Source of the DNA: Paramecium tetraurelia
Taxonomy: Eukaryota
Direction: 5' to 3'
Length of the DNA stretch: 64,000 nt
Assembly (NCBI GenBank): GCA_000165425.1
Contig: CT868004.1
Location: 186,001 to 250,000 of the forward strand
Shown here: in pieces, positions 27,160-40,800 of the stretch
How the letters are laid out: every line of letters starts with the position of its first letter
Numbering within the stretch: position 1 is the stretch's first letter
Made by a program: the position numbers and the translations under genes
Notes under the pieces: generated by a model
The model's database searches: none
What the model saw: only the letters and a program-made list of their open reading frames with translations
Told to the model about the DNA's origin: nothing

Positions 27160-27682
27160 ATGTTAAATTATTCCGGGATGTTGCCGAAAAGTTAAAGTTT
27201 ATATTTTCATCCACCATTGCAAGTACTAAGTACCAGAAATATCTAAACTGAACCTGAGATCTCAAAATAATAACATAGTACGTATTATTTTTAGCCACAG
27301 AGCCTCATAAGAAATATAGTGTTATAACTGATGAGAAAAGGAATTTCCTCATTAAATAGGTCTTAGAGGAAGGGGTTTCAGTCAAATAGGCTGCTTAAAC
27401 TAGTGAAATTAAATTATCGACTGCCAAAGCCATTTTGAAGACTTACAAAACCTAAGGGAGAGTTGGCAAAAAGAAAGAGCGCTAAAAACGACCAAAGTTG
27501 AACAGAAAAACTGTTGAAAAACAATTAGATTAAGCAACATTAATTAAGAAGTAATTGCCCAAACTTGGTCAAAAGTATTAATTTAAAACTAAGTTAGTTT
27601 GATTTACTACCCATACAGCTATTAACCTCCCCCACTATTTTATAAAATAGAGTATTCTAATGAGGTTAAAACAGAAATTTGA
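27160..27682 (+). CDS. Helix-turn-helix (homeodomain-like) DNA-binding protein of an expanded ciliate family
   Basis: KYSVITDEKRNFLIKQVLEEGVSVKQAAQTSEIKLSTAKAILKTYKTQGRVGKKKER is an HTH plus basic tail. Two 23-nt introns. Confidence 0.8.
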
Positions 27683-28537
27683 TGTATAATTATACTTTAA
27701 ATATATTGCTTTTATTCTTTATATATTAGAAATTATTTCTTGATCGAAGTGCTCTTGCTTTGAGACCACTCTTCAGCTTATTCTATGAGTTCAGTCGCTT
27801 GTATCCGTAAGTATGAAAGACTATTTTTGTTTTAAAGTCAAATGATTAATTTATCTTCAGAAAATTTCGTATTATTGTCCGATAATGATACTTTATTATT
27901 ACAGTAATTATCCCAGCTCGTTTTCAATATTATTTCCCTAACCAACAAGCATAGAACTGTGTACAGATCACGATCTTCAACTTTATAAGTCCTCCATGTT
28001 AAAACAAGGACAGAGAAACAGTGCCTAAAACCTGTGCCTTAAAAATCCCGCTTCTATGGATGAGCAAAATGAAGAATCGCATCGAATTACTTTTCGTATT
28101 CGACATACGATAAGAATAACAATAGTAGTCAATAGTTTTTAAGAACTTTCTCATTCATAATTTTTTAACACACGGCCTTATTCTTAGAAAAAGCCAACTA
28201 TCTTCATATATTAAATGTGATATATGTTAGACATCCACCAAGGGAGATAGTTTTGGGAGTAATTACTTCAGGATGAGGAAATATGAGGGCTTTAAAAAAA
28301 AGGAAAATTTTGATTTTTCTGCTATATCAATCCAAGAGCAAACTTAAATGTTTAAGAATAAAAGAGAGAGAGATGTAAGAAGACTATTTGTTTATCAATT
28401 GATAAAATATTTCGTAAAGTTTGGGTTTTTAAATATAGTATCAGTAGTTATTAAGAAAATAGATTTCTAAATTATCACTTTTTTATAATTGTATTATATT
28501 TATATAAATTGAAATTATACATAAATATAAATAATTC

Positions 28538-29689
28538 ATGTTGAGAATTGTTCATAAATTAAGAAGTGGGTTTGCAAAGATGACAGTCAGAGAAGCCATT
28601 AACAGTGCAATGGCTTAAGAGATTGAAAGAGATCCAAATGTTTTTCTGATCGGTACTTTATGAGAAATTACAGTCTTTTAGGAGAGGAAGTGGGTTAATA
28701 TCAAGGTGCTTATAAAGTGTCTAAGGGTCTCTATGATCGTTTTGGAAAGAATAGAATCTGGGATACTCCAATTACTGAGGCTGGATTTACAGGTTTGAGT
28801 GTTGGAGCTTCTATGTATTATTTACCTCATCTTTTTATAGGTATGGACTTAAACCCATAGTTGAATTTATGACATTCAATTTTGCAATGTAAGCCATTGA
28901 TCATGTAATCAATTCAGCAGCCAAACTACATTACATGAGTGCAGGTGGTTTGAGAACATCTATAGTATTTAGAGGAATTAATGGGTATGGATTGTGGATC
29001 TATTTTTATTTAGAGCAGCAGCAGCAGTGGCTGCTTAACATTCGCAATGCTTTGCTGCTTGGTATAGTTAGGTGCCAGGCTTGATTGTATTATCTCCCTT
29101 TGATTGCGATGATGCCAGAGGTCTCTTGAAATCAGCCGTCAGAGATCCAAATCCAGTGGTTTTTCTTGAGAATGAAATCATGTATAATGAAGCATTTGAA
29201 GTCCCAGATAATGTTATGGATAAGGATTATTTGATACCAATTGGAAAGGCCAAAATCATGAGGGAAGGAAAAGATGTGACAATTGTAGCATTTTCTAAGA
29301 TGGTCAAGTATGAGAATGAAATAATTGAGATTTTCTATGTTAGCTGCTGCAGAACTAGAAAGGGAGGGAATTTCCTGTGAGGTTATCAATCTCAGAACCT
29401 TGAAGCCTTTGGATAGAAACACAATTATAGAAAGTATCAAGAAGACTCACAGAGTTGTTACTGTTGAAGAAGGATGGGGACAATGTGGTATTGGAGCAGA
29501 AATATGTAGTGTCATCAATGAAAGTATCAAAATATCATATCTTAAGCTAATGCATTCTTCCACTTGGATGCTCCTGTTGTAAGAGTGACAGGTGCTGATA
29601 TTCCAACACCATATGCATTTAATTTAGAAGAGCTTAGTTTCCCTAAAACACACAACATTGTAGAGGCAGTTAAGTTGGCATTAAAGTGA
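28538..29689 (+). CDS. PDHB: Pyruvate dehydrogenase E1 beta subunit, mitochondrial
   Basis: [18 protein letters not shown]...[17 protein letters not shown]...DTPITEAGF...[14 protein letters not shown]...[12 protein letters not shown]...[10 protein letters not shown]...[18 protein letters not shown]. Confidence 0.97.
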
Positions 29690-30714
29690 TAAGTCGTGCA
29701 TTTTATATTATAAAAGATCCGCCTCCATTTAACCATAATTTATTTTTCTGTTTCCCGCTATCAAAAAACATATTAGGTTTGAACCATATAAACAAATTAT
29801 TCAGTGCATTAATCATCTAAAGTTGATATGGTTTCTTTTAATAATTTAAAAATGATTAATTGTAATTTTATAAATACTTAAAGAGACTTCATTCTTAAAA
29901 AGAACTCTAAATCTAAAGGATTATTTTCATTTACATTTCACTTTTTTTATTAAAATAGTTTATTGCTAAAGTTTTGTTTCTGATTTGCATTTCAATGGAA
30001 CTAATTTTATACAAACCAATGCAATTAAATAATTTTAGCAAATTTATTATACTATTGTAGTAACCATTCACTTTTATTAATTTGTAAAAAAAAATAAAAT
30101 ATTTACATTAATCATTAATAAAATTTATACTAATTTCAGAAAAATTATACTTTGATACTCTGGAATTATTATTAAAACTAATTAGAAGTGATAAAGGAAT
30201 TCAAATATTTTATAATATTATTGAAATTTAATTTTAAGGGTGTTAATATTTTATATAAAATATTTTTACTCCATGTAATTATGCATTTATTATCTAAATT
30301 AGAGTATTAAGAAATGCATTAGATATCTCATAAATTTAATATATAATAAATAAAATTTAGAAATTTGTCTACTCTTTTGTGTTGAAATAACTTAATAAAG
30401 GAAAGACTATCAAAAATTAAGTTGTCCAATAAAATTAAAAGTTGAACAAAATTTAATAACTCCAATAAGTTATGCAAGTGGCATTCTAGATATTGATGAA
30501 TATCTAACAACATAATGAAATATATCTATTCATAAAATAATGATTTCAGAGAGGAATAAGAAGAAATTAATGGATAATTTAGTTGATAATGGAGTTTTAC
30601 CATAAATTCTCTCAAGACATATACGAAAAACCTACAACAGGAATCACATCTTTTTATAAAATATCCGATTAATTATCATTATGACAGAATGCATTCTCAT
30701 TTAAATTAATTTAA

Positions 30715-30771
30715 ATATTTCTATGTTGTTCACCAAAGAACGATTATATTTCTATGTTGTTCACCAAAGAA
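30715..30771. repeat. Perfect 26-bp direct repeat with a 31-bp period
   Basis: atatttctatgttgttcaccaaagaa at 30715-30740 and 30746-30771. Confidence 0.9.
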
Positions 30772-30838
30772 TGGCTAGGTTATTGTTAATGATATAAAAA
30801 TAAGTACTATTTTTAAATTAAGTTTTAATTGCTTTAAG

Positions 30839-33800
30839 ATGAACTTTATTCCTTCTTCTTAATTGTCTTTAGAACGATTTTCAAGTTAGCAATTGTATTA
30901 GAAGTAAGTAAAGGATATGAAAAGGAAGAATTTGGCTGGGACACTCTGGGAAATAGTAAATAAGATGTCGAGAAAAAAAGAGAAGAAAGATAAATGGAAT
31001 GAAAATTATGTTAGTGAATTTTCTTAAAATATCAATCGCGGGGCTCTATCATGTTTTACTGAGCTTTGCACTGAATTGGCTTGCAATAATAAAATAACGT
31101 AAGTTAAGTTTTTAAGAATAGTGAAGTCAATTTGTCTAGATGTAATATTAACATCTATTATGCCATTGAGTTGGCTAATCTGGTTCAGAAGAATACAAAC
31201 ATATAAGTATTGTAATTGGCTGGATGCAATTTGAATTCTTTCTCTCTAAGTTGTATATTCAAATCAGTAATAGATTAAACCTTTATATAGATGATAGATC
31301 ATACAGGGCTGACTCATTTGAATCTCTCAAATAACAAGGGTTTCACTGTGACATCGGTTGAAGATTTTTGTAAATATGTCTTAAAAGGCAAAAATCCATT
31401 ACTTGAAATAAATTTAAGCTTTTGTAATCTTGACAATGCTTCTCTTTCGCTCATTTTACCAAACCTGAAGCATTTGAGATCGTTAAAGTATATTTCCATT
31501 TAATTCCTTAAGACGATTCATCATTTCCTTGGTGAACTTTAATTCCTCAGAGAGTATTCTCGCTTTGAGTAGTGCAATAATCAATTATACAGGTAATAAA
31601 TCATTAGACTACTTGGATGTCTCTTGGAATTGGATAACAAATCAGGGTCTTGAACTCTTGAGTGTAGCCTTATTCATGTCAGTGAGACAAATAAATATTA
31701 GATCACTGAATTTGGAGTATAATTAATTGACATAAGAATGCATAGAATCTTTGGAAACCATATTGTTGAAATTGAATATTGAGGAAATTAACTTATCAAA
31801 AAATAAGATATCTGAATTCCAGAATCAACAAGTCTTAAACAAAAAGATGAGTAGAGTGGACTTATCATACAATAGATTTGAGGAGATCCCAACTAATTTC
31901 TTTTTGAATGTCCTCTCTCTAAATTTATCGAATAATTCCATTAAAACTCAAGGTGCCTATTAAATTTCTTAGGTTGTGAGTTCCAAGAAGGTGATGTGGA
32001 TGGAATTGAATTTGAATAACAATGAAATTTGCACTTAAGGCTTTGTGTCTTTGATATATGCCCTAATAGAAAATTAAAGGTTAATAAGTTTATCAGTGGC
32101 AAATAATAATATTAGTGGCGAAGGTATATTGGTTTACATCTTCAATCATGAACAATTGAATTTGTAGTATTTAGATTTATCATACAATTATCTAAGGTAT
32201 GATTTAGTTTATGCATTAATTTCGATGATGAAGGAATGCAAATTAAGAACACTGGTATTATCAAAATTAAGACAAGATGAAAATGACATCTGCAGTGGAA
32301 GGGAAGAACTGATTGAAATTAAATGTACAAATTTAAGACAACTTGACTTCTCTGAGAATAGTTGTATGATGTCATCCATTCTGAATTCATTATCAAAATA
32401 GTTCAATAGAATAGAATATTTGAATTTGAATGGATGTGAAATTAATTAAACACCTTTGGTAGATGCACTTACTTCTTTTCTATCTAACACTTAAACCTTG
32501 CAAACACTATTATTGGCAAGAAACAATTTGGGTAAGATGGATGAAAAGAATTTAAAGACATTGAATGATGGATTCTTCAAAAATAACTCTATAACCTATT
32601 TGGATATATCTTCCAACAAATTAAAAATTAAAATATTATCTCTAATCCCTGGATTATCTAATTGTAGATATCTAAAATATTTGAACATCAGTAATAATTT
32701 AATTTATGAAACCAAAAACCTTATTAATGATTTCCCTAAATTGCTTTCAAATATTAATTTATAATTTTTAGACATATCTAGAAATTAAATTGGAGGATAG
32801 ACTCTGTAATTGGCACGCAAAAAATTATTAAAATAATATCGATAATTCCCTCAGATTAAGATGTAAAAACAGCAATTCACAGCTGACGATTTACACGTAA
32901 TCACCTAAATTATCTCTGAATCACATTCGATTAAGAGATTGGAGTTGTAAGATAACGATTCCTTAGATTATATGAATAATGTAATGAAGTATGGAAATGA
33001 TGTCAAGGTGGAGTCACTTTCCATAAACAAAATTTTATTTCGATATGATAGTTTCAGGAATTTGATAAAAACAATTGAAGAAAACTACAAGCATATTCGA
33101 TTTTTAGAAATATCAAATACCTTGCTCTTTTAGGAATAGCTAATAGAATTATTTTCCTCAATCAAATTGATAAAGAATTTGGTTGTCATCATTTTAGATT
33201 ATTAGTCATTCAAAGAGAAGGATGAGAAGGTCTTGGACACATTATACAGTTGTTTGAATTGCTTTAGGAATGTCAAGCATTTTAGTGTAAGAAAATCTAC
33301 TTTAAGTTATTCGTTTTATGTTTTTGTATCTGAATTACTTAGAATATCTTCAAAATTAATGGAATTAGATCTAAGTGGGAATGTCATTAATATTAACGAT
33401 TTCTAAGTGTTGTGCGATGGACTATTTTCAAATTCAAGTGTGACAAGTAAGTATTATTTTAATAATTCATAGCTCTCAATTTAAAGAATTGCAAATTGAC
33501 TGATGAGTCAATACTTTAACTAATGCCATGTTTACATTAACATTCTTCAATTAAAAATATAGATATTTCTCAAAATGAACTTTCTTTGAGTACTTTGAAT
33601 CAAATTGAAAAAGTACTAGGTGGTCATAGAAGTTCCATCTAAACATTAAAATTATAGAATTTATAGACCTTCTGGGATGTGGATACGATCAAACATCAAC
33701 ATCAAGTAAACAATCTTTTAAGGAATCTAAAACATATGGATCTGTCTATGAATTCTAAATAGAATGAGAATATCATTTAATTGTTGGATCATTTCATATA

Positions 33801-36007
33801 AATGAAAACAATTGAAAACATTTAAATCTTGACACTTAATTATTGTGGCATAATGGATGATTAATGCGAAACTTTAGCTAAATTGATTGAAGATAATAAA
33901 ATAATAAAAGAAGTATCTTTGATAGAAAACAGGTTTACTTGGAAAGGTTTTAAACTTATCTTTGATCCTATACTAAACAATAAGAGTTCTTTAATCAAAC
34001 TAAATATATCAAAGTAAAATAATAATATGAAATTAGAAATTTTATTGATGAGTAATATTTCAAGGATTTAACACCAGCAAAAATAATACCATTAACTAAT
34101 TTTCGTTTATTAATTATAGATGGAAATAAGTTCAAAGAACATGCTTAAGGAATTACCCTACTATTACAAAAGAATCCTAGACTTTACATTTACAATAATT
34201 GGATGAATGTGACAGAAGCCTTTGCTTAATAGATCATTAATCAATATGTGTTATTTGCAAGTGAAATTAATTTAACCAAAGAAGTACCTCAATATCTTAC
34301 ACAATTGATAATTAGAAACACAAAACTCAGTGATCAATTTTTTATATGGTTTGGATGTCAATATTTTAAATTTCCTTATTTAGAAGTCATTGATTTCCGA
34401 GGAAGTACAAAACATATGACAAGCTTGAGTAAAATGCACATGTACATAGACATAATAAATGAAAATTTTGTAAATTACAACATTATCGAAGTATGTTTTG
34501 ATCAGAATTAAGCTGAATTGTAAATATAGTATTTAGAATTAGGCCTAATCAATTTGATGATGGATTGTTTAAATATTGGTTACTCAATTTGAAAGTCTTC
34601 TTATAGAATAAGAATCACATATCATTGTAGAAGATGGGGTATATTGTAAATGAGACTGAACAGGTGAGATGGGGTAAAATTGGCAAATGGCTAGTACATT
34701 TAATCAACAAAACACTGAATTTAATTTAGGGTCTCAGTTACGATTTCAGATTTAGCAGTTCGTTGCACAGTTATACAAGGAAAAAGTTGACTAAAATCAA
34801 GGTATATATGGCGATAGGGTCAGCATTGGAATTCATTAAAATTATGTTGGGTATTGGGGCTCTCTCAATGAGAACACCTATAAAAGCTAGCTTTTTTAAT
34901 TGTGAAAATACGACTAATTAATGTTTTCAAAATGATCTTCATCAAGGATTTTTTGGAGAAGTCTGCGTTTTCTTTATATTGATTCTATCCTAAACATTTG
35001 CTAGTCTACTGCTAGCTATAAATATCAGATTAAAGGCCACTCCTGATTATTGCATCCAAACTACAGAAATGGTTAGATTTCAACGATTTAAATTTGCTCA
35101 TAAGAATGAAGTGTGGCTCTGTATATTGTAGTTCATTATTTCCTTTAATTACTTTCTGGAATGCAGAATTATAGGATCCAATTTAGAGGTTATCTCTTAT
35201 ATTACGGATAACAAGTAGGATAACCTAATTGGACTCAAAAATCTTATAATCATTGTTCTTAGTTTTATGGCAACATTTTTGTTACTAAAAACAATTTTTT
35301 AAATGTACATTACAGTCAAGTTTCTCTTCCTTTTTTTATAGACTCCTAATGCAGATTAAGCTAATATACTCCAATAGTGCATGCTCAAAGTGCAAGCTGA
35401 TAGTATGCTTAATATCGAATAAGTACTGAGCAATTTCTGTCCTTAATCAGGGTTATATATTAAAGAAAGACTGTGGAACTATAAGCAGATCTTTGAGTTA
35501 ATTCATGGATTCTTAGAGTTTGCTATATTAGTTGATGTTCTTATTCTTGCAAAATATAGAAAAAACTTCTTCATTGAATAATAGGTATCCAATATGTTTA
35601 CATCAACTGATATTGTAACTATCATTTACGAGATTGTCACAATAATCAAGATTCTTATACATTTCTATTAGGCTTTGTTATCAAGACCTCCATAATTAAA
35701 GGTCTCTGATCTCAATGAGGTGTTATTATTAAGAAGATATGAAAAATTAGGTAATTCCTTATAAATCATACAATAAATACCCAAAAAAGAAAGAAAACAA
35801 TCATCTTTATAATCTATTACTAAAAAGAGTGGTCAGGACTTTAAATTCGGATCTATCATGAAAACTAAAAGTGACAGAAGCATCATTTTACAAAAAAACA
35901 ATATTTAGTAGTTTGACGAAGAAATAGATTATATTCAAGAGAATATATAACTTCCAATGGGGACAATTAAATATAAATCTATGAAAAGCATTTAATTAAA
36001 TACTTGA
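30839..36007 (+). CDS. Large leucine-rich repeat (RNI/NLRC3-like) protein with about six C-terminal transmembrane segments
   Basis: Many LxxLxLSxN repeats (LTHLNLSNN, LDYLDVSWN, ITYLDISSN, LMELDLSGN). Hydrophobic segments at ~34810-35680. Ends SIQLNT-TGA. The start codon is uncertain. Confidence 0.85.
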
Positions 36008-37368
36008 TTTAATAACTGTAATTATTATTGATGTTTATTTCATTTTTAGACTTTTCTTTTATTGATAAATAATAGGTTGGGGTTGAATTAAATTATTGAT
36101 CTTTTTCATTACTTATTATTCTAAATATGATTTATCAATTTAAACTTTCTCCATTCAAATTTCAAAAATATCAATTTTAGAATGGGAGAATAAATCAAAT
36201 TATAATTATAATTATAAACAACCATCTACTAACTAAATATTTCTTATTTATTATTAATTTAAAAGATACCCCTTAATCCTATATCCATTGTAATATATTA
36301 TTTTGTTAATATGTTTTTTATTGGATCCTATGAGCATTATGAAGATCTATTCATTTCTAATAATATACTCTTGAATTTTAAAATGTTATTCTTTGATACC
36401 ATCAATATTTCATACTTTTTGTAATTGTCTAGAGGATACAGTACGGATTTGGTTCTTGATCTTAAGCGAATCTTCTGTGATAATCTAGTTGATATTAATC
36501 CATACATAATTAATTGCTAAAATTAGACTGGCTAACAATAATTCAATCTTTAGGATTTATATACTCTTCTTCCATATATCAATGATAAAGTTTCTTTCAT
36601 TTTAATTAAGTTTTTGGAACACACATTCACTGTTCAATTTTGTGAAGATCTACACTTTAGAACTCAAAAAAAGTCGAATTTCTCCATCTCATACACACTA
36701 CTTATCAAAAAATGAAAAATCACTACCTTTATTTATGCTTAAAATATTACATATCATGTCACTACTTCTGCTTGTTTCTTTGTCTGATAAAAATCTGATT
36801 AGCACCTATGAACTCTATGTTAATCTTATGATTAGATTTTTACACTTCTCAAAATAATCAATCATTCAACCATTTAAGGACCTAGTTCTACCATTTTCTT
36901 TCGTATATGTAATTGTTAATATGTCATATTTTAAGATTAAATCTTTAAATTTAGCCTTTAAATTTGACAACTTTATTTATAATAAAAGTAAATGATTATT
37001 AAACATCATTATTGTAATAAAACTAGTTAACATCTTCATCAAATAAAATTGCATATTTCATCAGTTTCACATTTTGACTTTCAAGAGTTTTTCACCAACC
37101 AATCTTATTAGTTTGATTAACTTAATAAATTATATATCTATAATATACTCAATTATAAAAATTCAACTCTTTTATAAAAGAAATTATTATTGCCAGTTTT
37201 CGAATTAAAAGTAAAGTCAATATGATTTTATTGTTATCCCTTTTTGAGCCCTTCTTTATTGTAATATATTCTGGAAGTTGTAAATGATCAGATGATTCCA
37301 AATACTAAGGAATATCTTATAATTGGAAGACAGTTGAATAAATAAATTATATATTTTTTTAATAATCA

Positions 37369-40217
37369 ATGGATAACAATAACGAGAATGATGAGAATCA
37401 AGAGCTTGTCAATGAGGAAGAGGACGATGACTTCCCTGAATATGCCAACGAGGCAAATAAGGAACTCAATGAGAAGGTATTTATATGGGTATTTTGAATT
37501 TTAGATCAAATTAAAAAGACGCATCATTCGAGACATCAATTCCAAGATTGAGGAAAAGAGTGATAAGTTGAAAGTGCTTTCGGAACACTTGAAGAACATC
37601 CAGCAGGAATTACTTCACACTTAGGCTTTGGTATCAATTGAATAATATTTAAGATCGACACAAAAAACAAAGAAATTGAAACTGAAGACCATTTGAAATA
37701 AATAACAGAAAGATAAATTGGTCGTCTTCAAAATGAAATGACAAAACAATAAAAGATGTATGGTATTCACACACTATTTTAGAATGATCGAGTAACAAGA
37801 GAGATTGAATGATGTTCAAAATTCCATCTATCGAGGGAATGAGAGATTGGACAAATACAAGATTGAGATGAATTGGAATCAAGAAGAATTGGAACAATGG
37901 GTTTTGGCTGCAAGATAAAAGGAAGAGGACTCTTTAACCATGGAGAAATATAAGAGAGGAGATGAAGCCAAAATTAAAGAACTCAATCTACAGATAGAAA
38001 AATTGACTGTTGAAGTTAGCAGGAGACAAAATGAACTGGATAGAGAAATCACAGAAACATAGACAGCCTAAATTGAATTGGATAAGACAGCAGAAGAATT
38101 TAGAAGATAACATGATGAACGTCATAAACTATTTCAACAATGGTAAGAAGTGACAGACAATATAGCCAGAAGAGATCAAGCAATTAGAGATGAATCAGAG
38201 AGATATGCTGATATCAAGGCTTAGATCAAAGCAAATCAATAAGATTTAGAGAATCGAAAGTCTTAATTGATGAATGAGAAGCAAGAAAATAAATCAGTTG
38301 AAGTTCAAAATTAGCAACTTGAGAGAACTATTATTTAATAGAGGTAATCTAACAAAGACATCGAATTGGCAATAGATAATCTGAAAGCTGATGTTGAAAT
38401 TTAAAAGAATTAACTATCTGCTTTTGCTACTGATTTATCTAATAAGAGAAATAGATTGGCTTAGATGTCATAAGAACTCCTAATTAAGAAATAGAGATTG
38501 AATAATGCTTAAAAGAAATATGCAAGTGAGAAACAGAAATTGAAGTTGGAAGATATCTAACATTAAGAGTTTGAAAAACAAAGGAGTATGGCATCAGATA
38601 GATACAAGAACTTGGAAAAGTAAAGGATTGATCTGGATAAGGAAATCAAATTACAAAAGGAGGTCTTATTCAAAGCTACGCAAGATTTATTTAAATTGAG
38701 AGAAAACGAAGCTAATTTATATGGAGAAATACAAGCAAATGTGAGTGCTTGCCGTAATTATTAAGCTCATATCAATAAATTAATTTAAGAATTTTAAAGA
38801 TAATAAGAATTATTGTATAATGCCGAATATTAGATATAATTGATGGAAAGAAGAGTAGCAAGAGCCAAAGGAGAACGTACATTGGAAGAGAAGAAGGATT
38901 TGGAAAATGAAATCAAGGAAATTGAGGAGAAGGTCAATTTGTAAAAGAAGGAATACAAAACATTATTGTAGAGTTTGAAAAGACTGGATGATGACTTAAG
39001 AGGAACAGATAGACAATTGACTGGTACCAAAGGATCATAAACTAAATTGAAATAAGCAATTGATGAATTAACCTTAGAAAATGATATGACTTATTAGGAC
39101 TTGAGCAAGATTGTTAAGTCAAAAGAAGAAGTGTTGGTTTAACACGATTTTATGAAGTTAGAAATACAAAAGATTTAAAAGGTAGTGACAACTGCTGTTG
39201 ATAAAGTGTTTAACTTAGAGAATCGTAAATATCAATTGGAAATGGCTATGCAAGAAAGGGAATAGGAAATTTAAGTACATAAAGATGTTTTGGTGGCTGA
39301 ACACAAGGCAGCTGAAGAGGAAAGACATAAAATTGCTGTTGAATTGGCTGAGAGATAAAACAGAGTGAAGAATCTCAGAATCAAATATGAATCTTTGGTA
39401 TAGAAGAACAAATCCTCGAATGGAGAGTAGGACACCCAAAACATCGAGGAGCATTCATAAGCTTATTATATTATTAAGGCATCTTAAGAAAGAGAGGAAT
39501 TGCAGAGGAAAGGTGATGAATTGAATGCTGAAATCATAAAAAGAGATCAAGAATTAAAGGCCTTAGATAACACACTATCTCACCTTAAGAATAGAAACAG
39601 TAAGTATAGGGACAGTTTCTTAAACAAGGGTATTTCTTAGAAAGAAGTATCTCATAGAGATGGATTGGAGGAACAATGTAGAGCAGCATCTGAGAACTTA
39701 TTTAAAAAGAAAAAGGAATTGCAACGATTGTAATAAGAAATAGATGAGGATATGAGAAGGCTGACTGAAATACAGAATAGAGTATTAATAATATTTATTG
39801 TAGATTGAAATTCTGGATAATCAAGAGAGGGAAATGGAAATGCAATTCTAAAAGTTGGAAAAAGAGTTGCAAGATTAGCAAGAGAAGATTAATAGGGCTG
39901 AGAATATAATGAGTTCAAAACTAGCAAAAGTTTAATAAAAAAGAATTGTGCTTGATGAATCAAATGCACACATCTCAGCTTTAGAGTTAGACATTTAGAA
40001 TAATTTAAATAAGACACTAAAAACCTGCATTTTGTAACATTTTTATTCTATCAACCTCTTTAGCAATTTAGTCTAGGAATTTCCAGAAATGCAAGCAATA
40101 ATAGATGCTGTCTTTTAGGAGAAAAATGTCACTGTTCCTAGTAAATAACCCTCATCTGTTGGAGTCCCCTCTGTTAGATCGTCTGTACGTTCAGCTTCTT
40201 CTCAGGGCAGAAGATGA
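37369..40217 (+). CDS. CCDC39: Coiled-coil domain-containing protein 39 (FAP59; axonemal 96-nm ruler)
   Basis: FPEYANEANKELN...EHLKNIQQEL...EIETEDHLKQITERQIGRL...MNWNQEELEQW...KEEDSLTMEKYKRGDEAKIKEL...QELLYNAEYQIQLMERRVARAKGE...SQAYYIIKASQEREELQRKGDELN. Confidence 0.93.
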
Positions 40218-40250
40218 TTATGATGATATTAATAAGTAATTAAACAAAAA

Positions 40251-40789
40251 ATGTACCTTAAAAGTATAACTCGTTAAGAAATGTAATCTCAAATTGATGC
40301 ACTCAAATAGCATCTTGAGTATGAAAAGTAGATTCACGATAAGTAATTGAAGCAAGTCAAGCTGGATGGATAAAAAGAAGTAAAAATGCTCACATTCTAA
40401 AGATTGCAGTACTTTAAGATGAACTAGATTAGTTGAAAGTGATGATTGAAAATGTCGATTTCTAATAGTATATCAAAATGAAGAGTGACAATAAGAATTT
40501 GATACAAGAGAATGCTATTCTGCGTGAAATGTTGAGAGCTAGTTAGATTACAGGTTCTACAAAAGAAATAGAACTTAAAAGATTGAAATAGAAAATGCAT
40601 AGATATGAAAGTCATTCATTACAATTGAAAAAGGACTTTCAGGTAGTGTAATGGAAATAATAATAGTCTCAATTCTTGGAAGCTAGAAATTTATCACATC
40701 ACAGAAATCAAACCCAACCTTCTCTTTTGGATTCCACAGCAGAAACGTCAACTAAGTTGTTGCCCATAAAATTTAAGATTAATTAATGA
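40251..40789 (+). CDS. Small coiled-coil hypothetical protein
   Basis: MYLKSITRQEMQSQIDALKQHLEYEK... with a 23-nt intron and a probable 24-nt intron; ends LLPIKFKINQ-TGA. Confidence 0.75.
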
Positions 40790-40800
40790 TAACTTAATAT

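Noticed and set aside
27160..27682. Active transposon
   Set aside because: No catalytic DDE domain, terminal inverted repeats or target duplication visible.
36075..36085. Telomere-like GGTTGGGGTTG
   Set aside because: Only about one and a half units, expected by chance. No array.
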